Shown: one piece after another, positions 29,058 through 38,983 of the stretch
Position numbering within the stretch: position 1 is the stretch's first letter
Layout: the number at the start of each line of letters is the position of its first letter
Origin: a virus
Lineage: Duplodnaviria > Caudoviricetes
Virus record (IMG/VR): IMGVR_UViG_3300032247_000689
Location: 1-64,000 of that record
DNA: 64,000 nucleotides
Reading direction: 5' to 3' (one strand)
Notes under the pieces: generated by a model
Database searches by the model: none
Told to the model about the DNA's origin: nothing
The model's input: the letters and a program-made list of their open reading frames with translations, nothing else
Program-made: the position numbers and the translations under genes

Positions 29058-30061
29058 GTCTGCTAGACATATTAAATAACGCCACAGTTGCGCCAGCGGG
29101 CGGTGAGTGGTTATGGCCACCTATCCAACAAGCAACCCCCACAGTTATTAACCCAGCAGTTTATGATGTTAGCAAAAAAGTAGAACATAATTGCAAGTTA
29201 GTTGTCTTTGTGCCAGACCCACAGATAGGTTACCGCAAATATGAAGACGGAACCCTTGACCCCTTCCACGATGATAAAGCAATTGATGTTCACTTCCAGA
29301 TTCTTGCTTATCTGCAAGAGAAGTACGGCGTTGATGAGATTATTCATTTAGGTGATTACCTTGACCTTCCTACGATGGGTAAATACGCACAAGAAGAAAT
29401 GTTTGCTCACACTGTTCAACCTGCGTTGGACTATGGTCACAACCTTCTTGCAAAACAAAGAGCAACGTGTCCCGATGCTAAGATTGTTTTGTTGGAAGGT
29501 AACCATGACTGCAGAATGCAACGTTATGTGATTGCAAACGCCATGGCTAGCAAAGGCATTAAGCGCGCGAACGCAACACCAGAAGATTGGCCAGTAATGT
29601 CTTTGCCGTACCTTCTTCGGCTTGATGACCTTAAGGTTGATTACGTAGGCGCATATCCAGCAGGTGAGTATTGGATTACTAAGACCCTCAAGGCTATCCA
29701 CGGAACAACTGTGCGCAGCAATGGTTCTACAGCATCCTCATATGTAAATAAAAACCCACACATTTCAACAGTATTTGGACACGCACACCGACAAGAGGTT
29801 CAGTACAAGACTGTCTCTGATGGGGATGGCCCAATCCGTTCAGTGTCGGCAAGCCCAGGATGTCTATGCCGTATCGATGGCGCTGTGCCTTCTTATGGTT
29901 CAGGATTAAATGACAATGGACGCCCAGTAAAGCATTGGGAAGATTGGCAACAGGGAATTATGATTGGTTGGGTCAAACCAAATGACCATTTCACCTTACA
30001 ACCTATTCATATCATGGATGGTTGGGCTATCTACGAAGGTATAGAGTTCAAAGCTGATTAA
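29039..30061 (+). CDS. Calcineurin-like metallophosphoesterase
   Basis: PDPQ, LGDYLD, EGNHD, HG, GHAH; start may be a few codons downstream. Confidence 0.85.
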   Translation: MHMSEMSLLDILNNATVAPAGGEWLWPPIQQATPTVINPAVYDVSKKVEHNCKLVVFVPDPQIGYRKYEDGTLDPFHDDKAIDVHFQILAYLQEKYGVDEIIHLGDYLDLPTMGKYAQEEMFAHTVQPALDYGHNLLAKQRATCPDAKIVLLEGNHDCRMQRYVIANAMASKGIKRANATPEDWPVMSLPYLLRLDDLKVDYVGAYPAGEYWITKTLKAIHGTTVRSNGSTASSYVNKNPHISTVFGHAHRQEVQYKTVSDGDGPIRSVSASPGCLCRIDGAVPSYGSGLNDNGRPVKHWEDWQQGIMIGWVKPNDHFTLQPIHIMDGWAIYEGIEFKAD

Positions 30062-30080
30062 TTAGGCGTATCCTTGAGGT

Positions 30081-30620
30081 ATGGCTAATCCTTCACCGCA
30101 TCAAAACGTCCAGAACCTGGGCGCTGGTGGTATGTATGGAACCAACACTGTCTATGGCGGTGGCGGTGTTCCTGTTGCCCGTAGCGAGCTTGATTTCCTT
30201 CGTCTTGGTGTAGGTCGTGCTCCGCAAGCAGAGTATCCAGATGGCTATTTAGGCACTATTCGTTCCCGTCGTGATGATAAAGGACGAGCATCAAGCGCAT
30301 CAGATACAGTATTAAATGCGTTAAAGGTACGTGTAGGTCAGCGTTCTTATCAACGTGGTGTTCACCGCGGTGAGCGTATTGATGTACAAGATTATTATTA
30401 CCCAGAAGGACTAGACCCAATGCGTGGTATTGCGCGTCAGATGAGAGCGGTTAAAGATGGTAACGTCTACCGCAGTCAGCGCAATGTAGAGAACGCAATG
30501 GCAGCTCCAGCCCCTCACCTGCCTAATGATGGCAAAGCAAACATGCGAAGCACATCGCCTATGTCATTAGATAAGCATCGCGTAGACCAGATGTCACGAC
30601 TCCGTACCCCTTGGAAGTAA
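30081..30620 (+). CDS. Hypothetical protein (probable late/virion-associated)
   Basis: Leaderless TATCCT-N6-ATG; EYPDGYLGT motif. Confidence 0.65.
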   Translation: MANPSPHQNVQNLGAGGMYGTNTVYGGGGVPVARSELDFLRLGVGRAPQAEYPDGYLGTIRSRRDDKGRASSASDTVLNALKVRVGQRSYQRGVHRGERIDVQDYYYPEGLDPMRGIARQMRAVKDGNVYRSQRNVENAMAAPAPHLPNDGKANMRSTSPMSLDKHRVDQMSRLRTPWK

Positions 30621-30621
30621 C

Positions 30622-30879
30622 ATGAACAAAAGCGAAGACCAGCTACCAGTTCCTTCAAAAACACCTATGCATTCAACCACTCGTAAGAACGATATGAAGA
30701 TGACACATGGTTCAGCTGAAGTTAACGTTGGTCAAGACACCAGCGTTCTACATGTACAAGGCGCACAGCCTGTGAGCATGAGTAGCCCAGTTCGTTTTTC
30801 AGGTAAAGGTACAGCAAGAGATTTAGGACCAATATTTAAAGCAATCAGACAGTCCAACCCAGCAAACAAGAAGAACTAA
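30622..30879 (+). CDS. Hypothetical protein
   Basis: Tightly packed ORF. Confidence 0.55.
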   Translation: MNKSEDQLPVPSKTPMHSTTRKNDMKMTHGSAEVNVGQDTSVLHVQGAQPVSMSSPVRFSGKGTARDLGPIFKAIRQSNPANKKN

Positions 30880-30880
30880 C

Positions 30881-31306
30881 ATGGCAGAGGATAGGGCTTA
30901 CGACACAGCTAGGCAGCCAGAGTTGTCTTTCCCTGCTTATAGAGGCGTTTTTGTTCCAGGAGATTACCATTCTTCTAACTCTGGGGTTGGGGTTCATTGG
31001 TCTGCTAATAAAAAAGTTGCAGAAGAGATGGGCTCCCATGCTTGGCAAGAGAATCATGGGATGGGGACACACCCAAAAGATAGAATTGTTATACATAATG
31101 CCGAGATACCTTTAAGCTCAGTAGAGTCCGATACAAATGTATTAAAAAAGAACAGAGTCCTTTCTCCAGATAACTTAAATAAAAATATAGAAGAAGAAGT
31201 GCCAGTTAAAAAGGGAAAGACGGTTCGTGTAAAAAGCACCAGCACTAGCACACGAGCTAGAACCCGCACCAGAACCTATAATCCCCCAAGAGAGATGAAG
31301 GCTTAA
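30881..31306 (+). CDS. Putative ADP-ribosyltransferase-fold protein
   Basis: YRG...HWS...EEEV, the R-S-E pattern of ART domains. Confidence 0.5.
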   Translation: MAEDRAYDTARQPELSFPAYRGVFVPGDYHSSNSGVGVHWSANKKVAEEMGSHAWQENHGMGTHPKDRIVIHNAEIPLSSVESDTNVLKKNRVLSPDNLNKNIEEEVPVKKGKTVRVKSTSTSTRARTRTRTYNPPREMKA

Positions 31307-31307
31307 T

Positions 31308-31670
31308 ATGGCAGGTAAGTTTGCAGATGGCGTTTACAATCGCCGCCCGTGGGTTGCCCCTACAGAGGCAGCGATGCCTCCACAGGAGTACATTGGTCCT
31401 TTTCAATCTAACCAAGAGCGTTTGATTAGCCAATCCCTAGCCGCATGGTCGATGTCTGCCGCGGAAATCCAAGAGTATGTCCGCCCACCACTACCACAGA
31501 TTAAATTATTCCCCGCCCGCTACGGGTATACCGAGCATGAAATTGGCATTGAAGATATTGTAGATTTACCACGTCAGGTGCCTACCACCCAGCGTGTAGA
31601 GTCTGACTACAGCCAGACTCCAAATGCAACAGAGTCAACCAGCACTAACTCGTTAGGACCAACAATATAA
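31308..31670 (+). CDS. Hypothetical protein
   Basis: Tightly packed ORF. Confidence 0.6.
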   Translation: MAGKFADGVYNRRPWVAPTEAAMPPQEYIGPFQSNQERLISQSLAAWSMSAAEIQEYVRPPLPQIKLFPARYGYTEHEIGIEDIVDLPRQVPTTQRVESDYSQTPNATESTSTNSLGPTI

Positions 31671-31843
31671 TGGGACGCAATAACTCAGATTTTAATGAAG
31701 GTAAAGATATTCCAGGATTTGAAGGGACTATGGCTGCTTTTAATAATCTCATTAAAAGTGGTCAGTCAATAGTCAATAAAAGAAAAGAAGAAGACCTTAT
31801 AGAGGATTCTTTTGCTCGTGCGGATATGGAAAGAGACAAGTGA
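31670..31843 (+). CDS. Small hypothetical protein (57 aa, missing from ORF track)
   Basis: MGRNNSDFNEG...; coupled at both ends. Confidence 0.6.
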   Translation: MGRNNSDFNEGKDIPGFEGTMAAFNNLIKSGQSIVNKRKEEDLIEDSFARADMERDK

Positions 31844-32073
31844 GCAAAGACCCAGGACTATACACAGACTCAACTGGCGAAGGCATGGCTGGAGCAGAAG
31901 ACGTCAGCTTAGAGACCCAGCGCGAGCTAAAGCGCACCACATATAACGGTACAGGCTCCTGCAAAGCATGCGGCATGCAAATCGACCCTGTACAATCGTT
32001 GATGAATCAAGAATTGTGTCCTTCTTGCCGTCGCAGGAAGATGCATTCACGAGTGAAAGGACGAATGGCATGA
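31840..32073 (+). CDS. Zinc-finger hypothetical protein
   Basis: CKACG...CPSC. Confidence 0.6.
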   Translation: MSKDPGLYTDSTGEGMAGAEDVSLETQRELKRTTYNGTGSCKACGMQIDPVQSLMNQELCPSCRRRKMHSRVKGRMA

Positions 32074-32279
32074 CCGTTCGTAAGTCTATGTCACAGAACG
32101 TGGCTATGGTAGAGGGCGCAACAGACGGTAAGTACCGCAAGCGTCGTCCTAATACTACAGTTGCACCAGCAATGGGTGACGAACTAATGGTTAAGAACCG
32201 TGCAGACCTGCACCCATACATGAACTACGGTTTCATTAACTCAGAAGAAACCGCTAAGGTTAACCCAGCAGGTAACTAA
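32070..32279 (+). CDS. Hypothetical protein
   Basis: ATG at 32070 overlaps upstream TGA. Confidence 0.6.
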   Translation: MTVRKSMSQNVAMVEGATDGKYRKRRPNTTVAPAMGDELMVKNRADLHPYMNYGFINSEETAKVNPAGN

Positions 32280-32611
32280 TGGTTGAAGACCGCGCCAATA
32301 ACCCAGCACGTAAGGTTGACCTACCAAACAGCCTCGGTGGTGTTTCCTTTATGCAACAGCAGATTCCAGATAATGTAAGTGCCGCGTTGCTTCCAGGGTC
32401 TGGTGTTAGTAAAGCAGGTAATGGTGTGCGCGTTATTGACCGCTCAAAAGATAGACTAGGACTTGCTCATAGCGCAGAGTCCTATAACAAGATTAGTACA
32501 GATGTAACAAACTTACGTAAGTCAGGTGACGCTGCAAAGTACAGTGCTTCAGTTGTTGAGGGGCGTAACGCAGGTACTCCAAAGAAAACTGTAAAGATTA
32601 AGAGCAACTAA
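32279..32611 (+). CDS. Hypothetical protein
   Basis: Coupled; N-terminal EDRANNPAR motif. Confidence 0.6.
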   Translation: MVEDRANNPARKVDLPNSLGGVSFMQQQIPDNVSAALLPGSGVSKAGNGVRVIDRSKDRLGLAHSAESYNKISTDVTNLRKSGDAAKYSASVVEGRNAGTPKKTVKIKSN

Positions 32612-32802
32612 TGAGCGCGCCAGATAGAAGCGGTGATGCAAGCCGTCAGGCTAATTACGAAAAGCTATTAGGCAAGTATGCCGACGAGCTCATGCATCCT
32701 AAGAAGTACGACCATGAAGAGAGCAAGGCTGATAAAGCCGCTAATGATGAGTCGTTATTTGCAACAGAAGGACGAATACCAGAAAGCTGGACGGAGAAGT
32801 AA
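32611..32802 (+). CDS. Hypothetical protein
   Basis: Coupled; N-terminal DRSGDASR motif. Confidence 0.6.
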   Translation: MSAPDRSGDASRQANYEKLLGKYADELMHPKKYDHEESKADKAANDESLFATEGRIPESWTEK

Positions 32803-33029
32803 TGGCTACAAAGAAAGCAGCAGCGCCTAAAGAAGCAGCTCCTAAAGCAGCAGCGCCAAAGAAAACAGCCGCACCTAAGAAGCCAAAAGAAATTGGTATG
32901 GCTGGCGGAAAATTAGAGACATTTAAAGCAAGTAATCCTGAATCAGTAGAGAAGTTTAAAGATGCACTACACGCTGGCAAAGTTGGCTCAATGGGTCATG
33001 CTGGCGGTCAATGGGAATTTCTTAAGTAA
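32802..33029 (+). CDS. Lys/Ala/Pro-rich histone-H1-like small protein
   Basis: KKAAAPKEAAPKAAAPKKTAAPKK. Confidence 0.6.
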   Translation: MATKKAAAPKEAAPKAAAPKKTAAPKKPKEIGMAGGKLETFKASNPESVEKFKDALHAGKVGSMGHAGGQWEFLK

Positions 33030-33100
33030 TAGCCCCATTAAAAAACTGAAGGTTAAGCCTGTCGTCAATGACAGTAGCCTTCTTATGTTAGGATTACGAC

Positions 33101-33667
33101 ATGGTATACGACTTAGCCCAGTTTAAAAAAGCCGCAATAGACCCTAAAGAACCGCATATGCGCGTTCTTAAGTGCATCAAGTGCCGTTCTATTGAAGAAG
33201 TCCCAGATTATGAGGGGCCTGAGGGCGGAGAGAATACCCAAGAGTTTGACCTTTCGCTGAAGTTCTTTACAGACCAGCATGTTAATAAAGGGTGTAAACG
33301 AGACGATTTCGTAACCGTCCGATTTCCAACCCGTTTTTGGATTATTCCTAAAGTAAAAGAAAGCATCATTGCACAGTTCAATGAGGGCGCCCAAGGCCTT
33401 GATGTATTTGGCACACACTTCTACGACACCAAGAATAACTTTCAAGCAGACGCTATGAATTGCTGGATGAAAGAACATAACCAGACAGAAGACTGCGGTG
33501 ATTATAAGTCTGATAAGAAACGCCTAAAACCAGGCACATCTGTAGAGCGTATGCAGTTGGGTATGGAAAAGGAAAGCACAGGGCCAAAGGTATATCTATG
33601 CGATTACTGCCCTTACAAGTCCCTTGTGCAGAAGAAAGCATTTAAGAGGATGGGCTTAGATAAGTAG
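33101..33667 (+). CDS. Cys-rich hypothetical protein (leaderless)
   Basis: CIKC, CDYCP; TAGGAT-N6-ATG. Confidence 0.7.
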   Translation: MVYDLAQFKKAAIDPKEPHMRVLKCIKCRSIEEVPDYEGPEGGENTQEFDLSLKFFTDQHVNKGCKRDDFVTVRFPTRFWIIPKVKESIIAQFNEGAQGLDVFGTHFYDTKNNFQADAMNCWMKEHNQTEDCGDYKSDKKRLKPGTSVERMQLGMEKESTGPKVYLCDYCPYKSLVQKKAFKRMGLDK

Positions 33668-33718
33668 GCTTTCTAAAGCCGTTGTATACTGTATTTACAG
33701 GCTATCTAAGGGGGAACA

Positions 33719-33925
33719 ATGTTTCTCGGAATGACTTGTAGTTGCGGCGCATCGTTAGAGGCGGATGCCTATGAAAACGATACGCTTATCATGCTATGGG
33801 CTAATTCATTTATCAGCGCGCATCAAGCGTGTGGGTATATGAGTCAATTTAAAGAGCCCAATGCAAAGGAAAACACTGTTCGCTACGACGTTATGCCCAA
33901 GGAACGCCACGAGAAAGAACTATAA
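33719..33925 (+). CDS. Hypothetical protein
   Basis: SD AGGGGG; CSCG...H..C. Confidence 0.6.
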   Translation: MFLGMTCSCGASLEADAYENDTLIMLWANSFISAHQACGYMSQFKEPNAKENTVRYDVMPKERHEKEL

Positions 33926-33932
33926 TACTTAG

Positions 33933-34865
33933 ATGGACATCTACTCAACGCTCGCTGCACAAGCCGAGCCCGTATCAGTAGAGCCATCTGAAACTTCGTA
34001 TTTTAGTACCCCAGGGGCAGGGTTAGACCCAAGACTATTTATCAACAATAAGCTTGTGCCATCTGTTCGCTCATCAGTTTTACGCATTTTAATTGAGCAC
34101 TTAAAGTTTCACTATTACAACCCAGAAGCGTTTATCACCGTTTGGTTGGCTGGGTCAGCCGTAAGTTATCAATGGAGCGCCGCTCGTAAACCTGCCGATT
34201 TAGATTGCCTTATCGGGGTCAACTACCTACAGTTCAGGCAGACCAACCCAGAGTTTAAATCTTTGAGCGATGCTCAGATTGCCGCTATGTTCAACGAGGA
34301 CTTTAGACAAGATTTACATCCGTTGACCAAAGACTTTATGGGCACGTTTGAGTTGACCTTTTACGTCAATGTTAAATCAGACATCCGTTCTATCAAACCA
34401 TACGCAGCTTATTCATTAACCCACGATGACTGGACAGTTCAACCTGAGGTCAAAGCGCCACCCCGTAATAAAGCGTGGGAGCAAAAGGTAACAAAAGATA
34501 CATCTATGACTACCGAGATTCTATCTCGTTACTCAGTAGCCCTTGACGGTATTAGTCAAGCAACTACCGATTCTGCACGACGCAACTCAGAGGCTGCGTT
34601 AAAACTTGCGGTAGAACAAGGTGCTGCTTTATTTGATGATATTCACAAGGGTCGTACTTATGCTTTTAGTCCCTCAGGACAAGGATATTCCGACATCTAT
34701 AACTATCGCTGGCAGGCTGGCAAACAAGCTGGTACTGTTCAGGCATTGCGTAAATTAAAGGATATATCCGTTAAGGGACGCAAAGCATTTGAAGAGTCAA
34801 CCTATGGGATGTCACTTCCAGATGCTAGTACGCTAGTGCGCAGAGCACTTGGCGCACGTCGTTAA
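33933..34865 (+). CDS. Pol-beta-superfamily nucleotidyltransferase
   Basis: hGS motif (LAGSAVSY) followed by DLD; leaderless TATAAT-N6-ATG. Confidence 0.7.
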   Translation: MDIYSTLAAQAEPVSVEPSETSYFSTPGAGLDPRLFINNKLVPSVRSSVLRILIEHLKFHYYNPEAFITVWLAGSAVSYQWSAARKPADLDCLIGVNYLQFRQTNPEFKSLSDAQIAAMFNEDFRQDLHPLTKDFMGTFELTFYVNVKSDIRSIKPYAAYSLTHDDWTVQPEVKAPPRNKAWEQKVTKDTSMTTEILSRYSVALDGISQATTDSARRNSEAALKLAVEQGAALFDDIHKGRTYAFSPSGQGYSDIYNYRWQAGKQAGTVQALRKLKDISVKGRKAFEESTYGMSLPDASTLVRRALGARR

Positions 34866-34889
34866 TTTAATAACAGGAGAACTCTATTC

Positions 34890-35354
34890 GTGGCAACACT
34901 TATCTTTGTCGACCATGTATTGCGCAGTCATACAGGTACGCCCGTCAAGCAGGGCATCGCGTTATATAGAACCCTAAAAGAAAAAGAACGCGTACTTCTT
35001 CTTTGCTCGCATAAAAGTAAAGATGAGCGTTGGTTGCGCGAAAACAAGATTAATTTAGTTGATGACCTAATCGGCCCTGATGTTCCTTTTCTTGAAGAGA
35101 GTATGGAGTTTCGCCAAGTCCAGCATTGCCGCGCTAACTGGCCTATTGATTTAGTTATCACAGGGGACACAGAGTTAGCCGCCCGTTTACTTGAGGCGGG
35201 GATGACCACGATGTTATTCCTACACCCTACCTACATTAGCGAGAAGTTCAGACCTGATAGCCGTCAAGGAGTTAAACCGTGGGCTGAGATGACTGAGCAA
35301 TTGATTAAGCAACAAGAGTCCTACGTTGAAGACCATCGAGTTCAAGAACTATGA
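34890..35354 (+). CDS. HAD-fold protein (degenerate motif I)
   Basis: LIFVDHVL, P..QGIALY, WL..N, LVITGD. Confidence 0.55.
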   Translation: MATLIFVDHVLRSHTGTPVKQGIALYRTLKEKERVLLLCSHKSKDERWLRENKINLVDDLIGPDVPFLEESMEFRQVQHCRANWPIDLVITGDTELAARLLEAGMTTMLFLHPTYISEKFRPDSRQGVKPWAEMTEQLIKQQESYVEDHRVQEL

Positions 35355-36805
35355 GACTTATCTATTTGGGGGCAGATGTCCCTAGCAATCGCACCCTTCT
35401 TGAAACAACCACCGCTAACCATGTGGGGGTAAGTTACTGGCGCTTAGTTCAACGGGGGCTACCTAAGAAGAGCCATTACCTGCTGAAGAACTACTTTAAG
35501 GATGACTTCTACATCTATGTGCACCCTGGAATACCTAAAGACAATAGGCTTAGCCCAGAGGAGTTAGACGCTTTTCAAGCTGAGTACGAAGAGTTCATCG
35601 CCAACAATATCGAGCGCATAACCACCTTCAATGAGATTAACGCTGACTGGGTTCCACAGTCATTTGTAGAGCAACAGCGTTCTACCTGCTGGTCACAGGT
35701 TCCGCCTATTAAGTTTCAGCCTATCTGGGAGCCGTCCACAGGGTTTGCAGAACTGAACAAGATGGCTGAGTATTATCTGGACATTGCCGTTCCTGGAGAC
35801 GCTTTAGAGGCTGAGACTCAACTAGCCACGGTAGCCCGCACGTTGGCGCGTAAGGGCACTAGGTTTCATATCCTAGGCTCAGCCAAGCCCGACAACCTTA
35901 GGTCTGTCCCTGCTGAGACCGCCAGCACTATGTCATGGCTTAGCCCTATGATGAATGGTGAAACTATTGTCTGGGACGGTATGAAGTTGGTTCGCTATCC
36001 CAAGCGGATGAAAGACCAAGCCCGTTCTCGATACCGCAACGTGTATCTGAAAGCTGGTATAAATGCAGATAGGATTCTGGAAGATGACGATAAGGAAGTC
36101 TGCCGTCTGGCGGTCTGGTCTTACCAACAGTATGAAGCGAGGTTAAACGGCGTGAGTAATGAAGACTTCTTATCTGATAAGAGCGAGTGGAGTGAAGTGG
36201 AGCGAAGTGGGGAAAGCACCCCCTCTGATATTGATAAGAAGGTAGGTGAGGTGCGGAAACTTGAGCCTCGAAATCCTGCTGAAATGGGTAATTTACCTGT
36301 CTTTGGATTCAATACAACAACCGAGGTAGAAGACGATGGAACCATCAAAGATGTGACCACCGTAAGCTCGCAACATGTGTCTTTGCGTATGTGCGATACC
36401 TGCTTTGTAGCCGCTAACTGTCCTGCTTTTAAGCCCGCAAACACCTGCGCTTTTAAGTTACCTGTCGAGGTTAAGACCAAAGAACAACTACGCGCCCTAC
36501 TCAATGCAATTATAGAAATGCAGGGACAACGCGTTGCTTTTATGCGTTTTAGCGAAGAATTGAACGGTGGATACGCTGACCCTAATGTTTCTCAAGAGAT
36601 TGACCGCCTATTTAAATTGGTTAAAACAACAAAAGAGTTAGATGACTCACGTGAGTTTATCCGCATGACTGTCGAGCGCCAAGGCTCGGCTGGGGTACTA
36701 TCATCCATCTTCGGAGACAAGGCAAACGTCCTCAAAGAACTTCCAAATGAGGGGCTTGATGAGGAGCAAACAACGAAGATTATTAAGGATTTAACAGAAG
36801 AATAG
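35351..36805 (+). CDS. TGT/DpdA-like TIM-barrel protein fused to Cys-rich C-terminal domain
   Basis: RFHILG...ASTMSWL resembles the H.hG...DS.SW pattern of TGT-like proteins; CDTC....CP.F....C. Confidence 0.45.
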   Translation: MRLIYLGADVPSNRTLLETTTANHVGVSYWRLVQRGLPKKSHYLLKNYFKDDFYIYVHPGIPKDNRLSPEELDAFQAEYEEFIANNIERITTFNEINADWVPQSFVEQQRSTCWSQVPPIKFQPIWEPSTGFAELNKMAEYYLDIAVPGDALEAETQLATVARTLARKGTRFHILGSAKPDNLRSVPAETASTMSWLSPMMNGETIVWDGMKLVRYPKRMKDQARSRYRNVYLKAGINADRILEDDDKEVCRLAVWSYQQYEARLNGVSNEDFLSDKSEWSEVERSGESTPSDIDKKVGEVRKLEPRNPAEMGNLPVFGFNTTTEVEDDGTIKDVTTVSSQHVSLRMCDTCFVAANCPAFKPANTCAFKLPVEVKTKEQLRALLNAIIEMQGQRVAFMRFSEELNGGYADPNVSQEIDRLFKLVKTTKELDDSREFIRMTVERQGSAGVLSSIFGDKANVLKELPNEGLDEEQTTKIIKDLTEE

Positions 36806-36919
36806 CCTGTCCTTTTATCATATAAAAAACGACTAGCACAGGCGGGAATTACCTTCCCGCTGAACTGACACAACTTTATATCTAAACTTAAAAACTCAAC
36901 TTAATAGAACGGGGTAAGT

Positions 36920-38938
36920 ATGGCTTTGTCCTTCCATCTGGCGGACGATTTCGTTTCTGGCTACAAAACTAAGAGAGTGCCGTGGGGTTATAAAGACGCT
37001 GGCGGTAACTCGGTAGGAGAGATTACCTTCCTACGAACCTACTCCCGTAAGAAAGAAGATGGGACTAAGGAGACTTGGGTTGAGGTATGCGAGCGCGTAA
37101 TCAACGGTATGTACTCTTTGCAGAAAGACCACGCTAAGACTAACCGCCTACCATGGAATGACGCTAAGGCACAGGCTTCTGCTAAAGAAGCTTTTGACCG
37201 CCTCTTTAATCTAAAGTGGACTCCGCCTGGACGTGGGCTTTGGGTTATGGGTACGCCTCTCGTTAATGAACAACGCAACTCAGCCGCCCTACAGAATTGC
37301 TCTTTTGTCTCAACCGAGTCAATGACTAAGCTTAACCCCGCTAAACCTTTTGCTTTCCTAATGGAAGCGTCGATGCTTGGCGTAGGCGTAGGTTTTGACG
37401 ACAAAGGCGCGGATAAAGACTTTACTATTTATGCACCGCAACAAGGAGATACATATGTCATCCCAGATACCCGAGAAGGATGGGTTGAAAGTACCTCTGC
37501 CCTCATCAATAGTTACCTTAAGCCAGATTCGAAGTCGCCTACTTTCGACTACGGGCTCATTAGACCAGCAGGAACTCCGATTAAAACCTTTGGCGGAACC
37601 GCAGCGGGGCACGAACCGCTAGAAAAACTACACAACTACATTCGAACTCTTTTTAAGGAGCGTTCAGGTGAAAAGCTTACTCGCAAGGATATTGCTGATA
37701 TTGGTAATCTCATCGGCGTGTGTGTGGTTAGTGGAAACGTGCGCCGTTCTGCTGAACTTTTAATGGGTCGTTTGGATGACAAGGACTTTCTCAATCTAAA
37801 GAACCCAGAGGTATACCCAGAGCGTAACTCGTATGACCCTAAGAACCCTGGTTGGGCTTGGATGTCAAACAACTCGGTCGAAGTTTGTGTTGGAGACGAC
37901 ATGAGCCACATCATTGATGGCATCGCTCTCAACGGTGAGCCTGGGGTTATTTGGATGGACGTGACTCGTAAGTATGGTCGTCTCATTGACCCACCTAACA
38001 ACAAGGATTGGCGCGCTGCTGGGTACAACCCATGCGCAGAACAATCTCTTGAATCCTTTGAGTGCTGTACATTGGTGGAGACTTACATCAACCGCCACGA
38101 TTCTCTTGATGACTTCAAGCGCACATTAAAGTTTGCGTATCTCTATGCCAAGACGGTAACTCTCTTGCCTACCCACTGGGAAGAAACAAATGCAATCATG
38201 CAACGCAACCGTCGTATCGGTACATCTATCTCTGGTATTGCTAACTTTGCAGACCGCGTAGGACTTCCAACTCTTCGTGAGTGGATGGACTCTGGCTACG
38301 AAGTTGTACAGGCATATGACAAATCGTATTCAGAGTGGCTTGGTATCCGTGAGTCAATCAAGACTACAACCGTTAAGCCTAGTGGCACGGTCTCTATCTT
38401 GGCGGGAGAATCTCCTGGTGTGCATTGGACTCCTGGTGGACAATACTTCCTTCGTACTATCCGCTTTGCAAACGATGACCCTATGTTGCCTCTCTTTCAG
38501 TTTGCAGGATATAAAGTTGAACCCGCTTCTGAATCACCTAAGACTACTTCGGTAGTGTACTTTCCTATTCAATCTCAGGCTCTTCGAAGCGAGAAAGATG
38601 TCTCTATCTATGAAAAGACCTCTCTTGCCTCTATGGCGCAACGCCATTGGTCTGATAACTCTGTATCTGTAACGGTCTCTTTCCAGCCCAACGAAAAGAA
38701 AGATGTTGGTACAGTATTACATATGTTTGACGGGCAGCTCAAAACCGTTTCCTTCTTACCTATGGGGAACGAGACCTACCCGCAAATGCCATACACACAG
38801 ATAACTAAAGAAGAATACGAAGCGAATACATTAAAACTCTTGCCGATTGACTTTACTGACGTATATGCAGGCATGGCGGCTGACGCTATTGGTGAAAAGT
38901 ATTGCTCTACCGACTTCTGTGAAGTACCTAAGCCATAA
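36920..38938 (+). CDS. nrdJ: Class II (B12-dependent) ribonucleotide reductase
   Basis: RTYSR, PPGRGLW, GNVRRSA, NPCAE, TVKPSGT, C-terminal C....C. Confidence 0.93.
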   Translation: MALSFHLADDFVSGYKTKRVPWGYKDAGGNSVGEITFLRTYSRKKEDGTKETWVEVCERVINGMYSLQKDHAKTNRLPWNDAKAQASAKEAFDRLFNLKWTPPGRGLWVMGTPLVNEQRNSAALQNCSFVSTESMTKLNPAKPFAFLMEASMLGVGVGFDDKGADKDFTIYAPQQGDTYVIPDTREGWVESTSALINSYLKPDSKSPTFDYGLIRPAGTPIKTFGGTAAGHEPLEKLHNYIRTLFKERSGEKLTRKDIADIGNLIGVCVVSGNVRRSAELLMGRLDDKDFLNLKNPEVYPERNSYDPKNPGWAWMSNNSVEVCVGDDMSHIIDGIALNGEPGVIWMDVTRKYGRLIDPPNNKDWRAAGYNPCAEQSLESFECCTLVETYINRHDSLDDFKRTLKFAYLYAKTVTLLPTHWEETNAIMQRNRRIGTSISGIANFADRVGLPTLREWMDSGYEVVQAYDKSYSEWLGIRESIKTTTVKPSGTVSILAGESPGVHWTPGGQYFLRTIRFANDDPMLPLFQFAGYKVEPASESPKTTSVVYFPIQSQALRSEKDVSIYEKTSLASMAQRHWSDNSVSVTVSFQPNEKKDVGTVLHMFDGQLKTVSFLPMGNETYPQMPYTQITKEEYEANTLKLLPIDFTDVYAGMAADAIGEKYCSTDFCEVPKP

Positions 38939-38950
38939 CGATTAAATAAT

Positions 38951-38983
38951 GAAGCCCCTGTGTGAGTGTTGCACAGGGGCTTC
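38951..38983. terminator. Terminator between convergent gene blocks
   Basis: GAAGCCCCTGTG...CACAGGGGCTTC. Confidence 0.75.

Noticed and set aside
27116-36811. AGCCTGT upstream of several genes as a late-promoter motif
   Set aside because: Spacing to candidate -10 elements is inconsistent across the four copies seen.
36806-36919. Cobalamin riboswitch or NrdR box upstream of nrdJ
   Set aside because: Only a short GCGGGAA/TTCCCGC hairpin; the gap is too short and lacks the consensus motifs.
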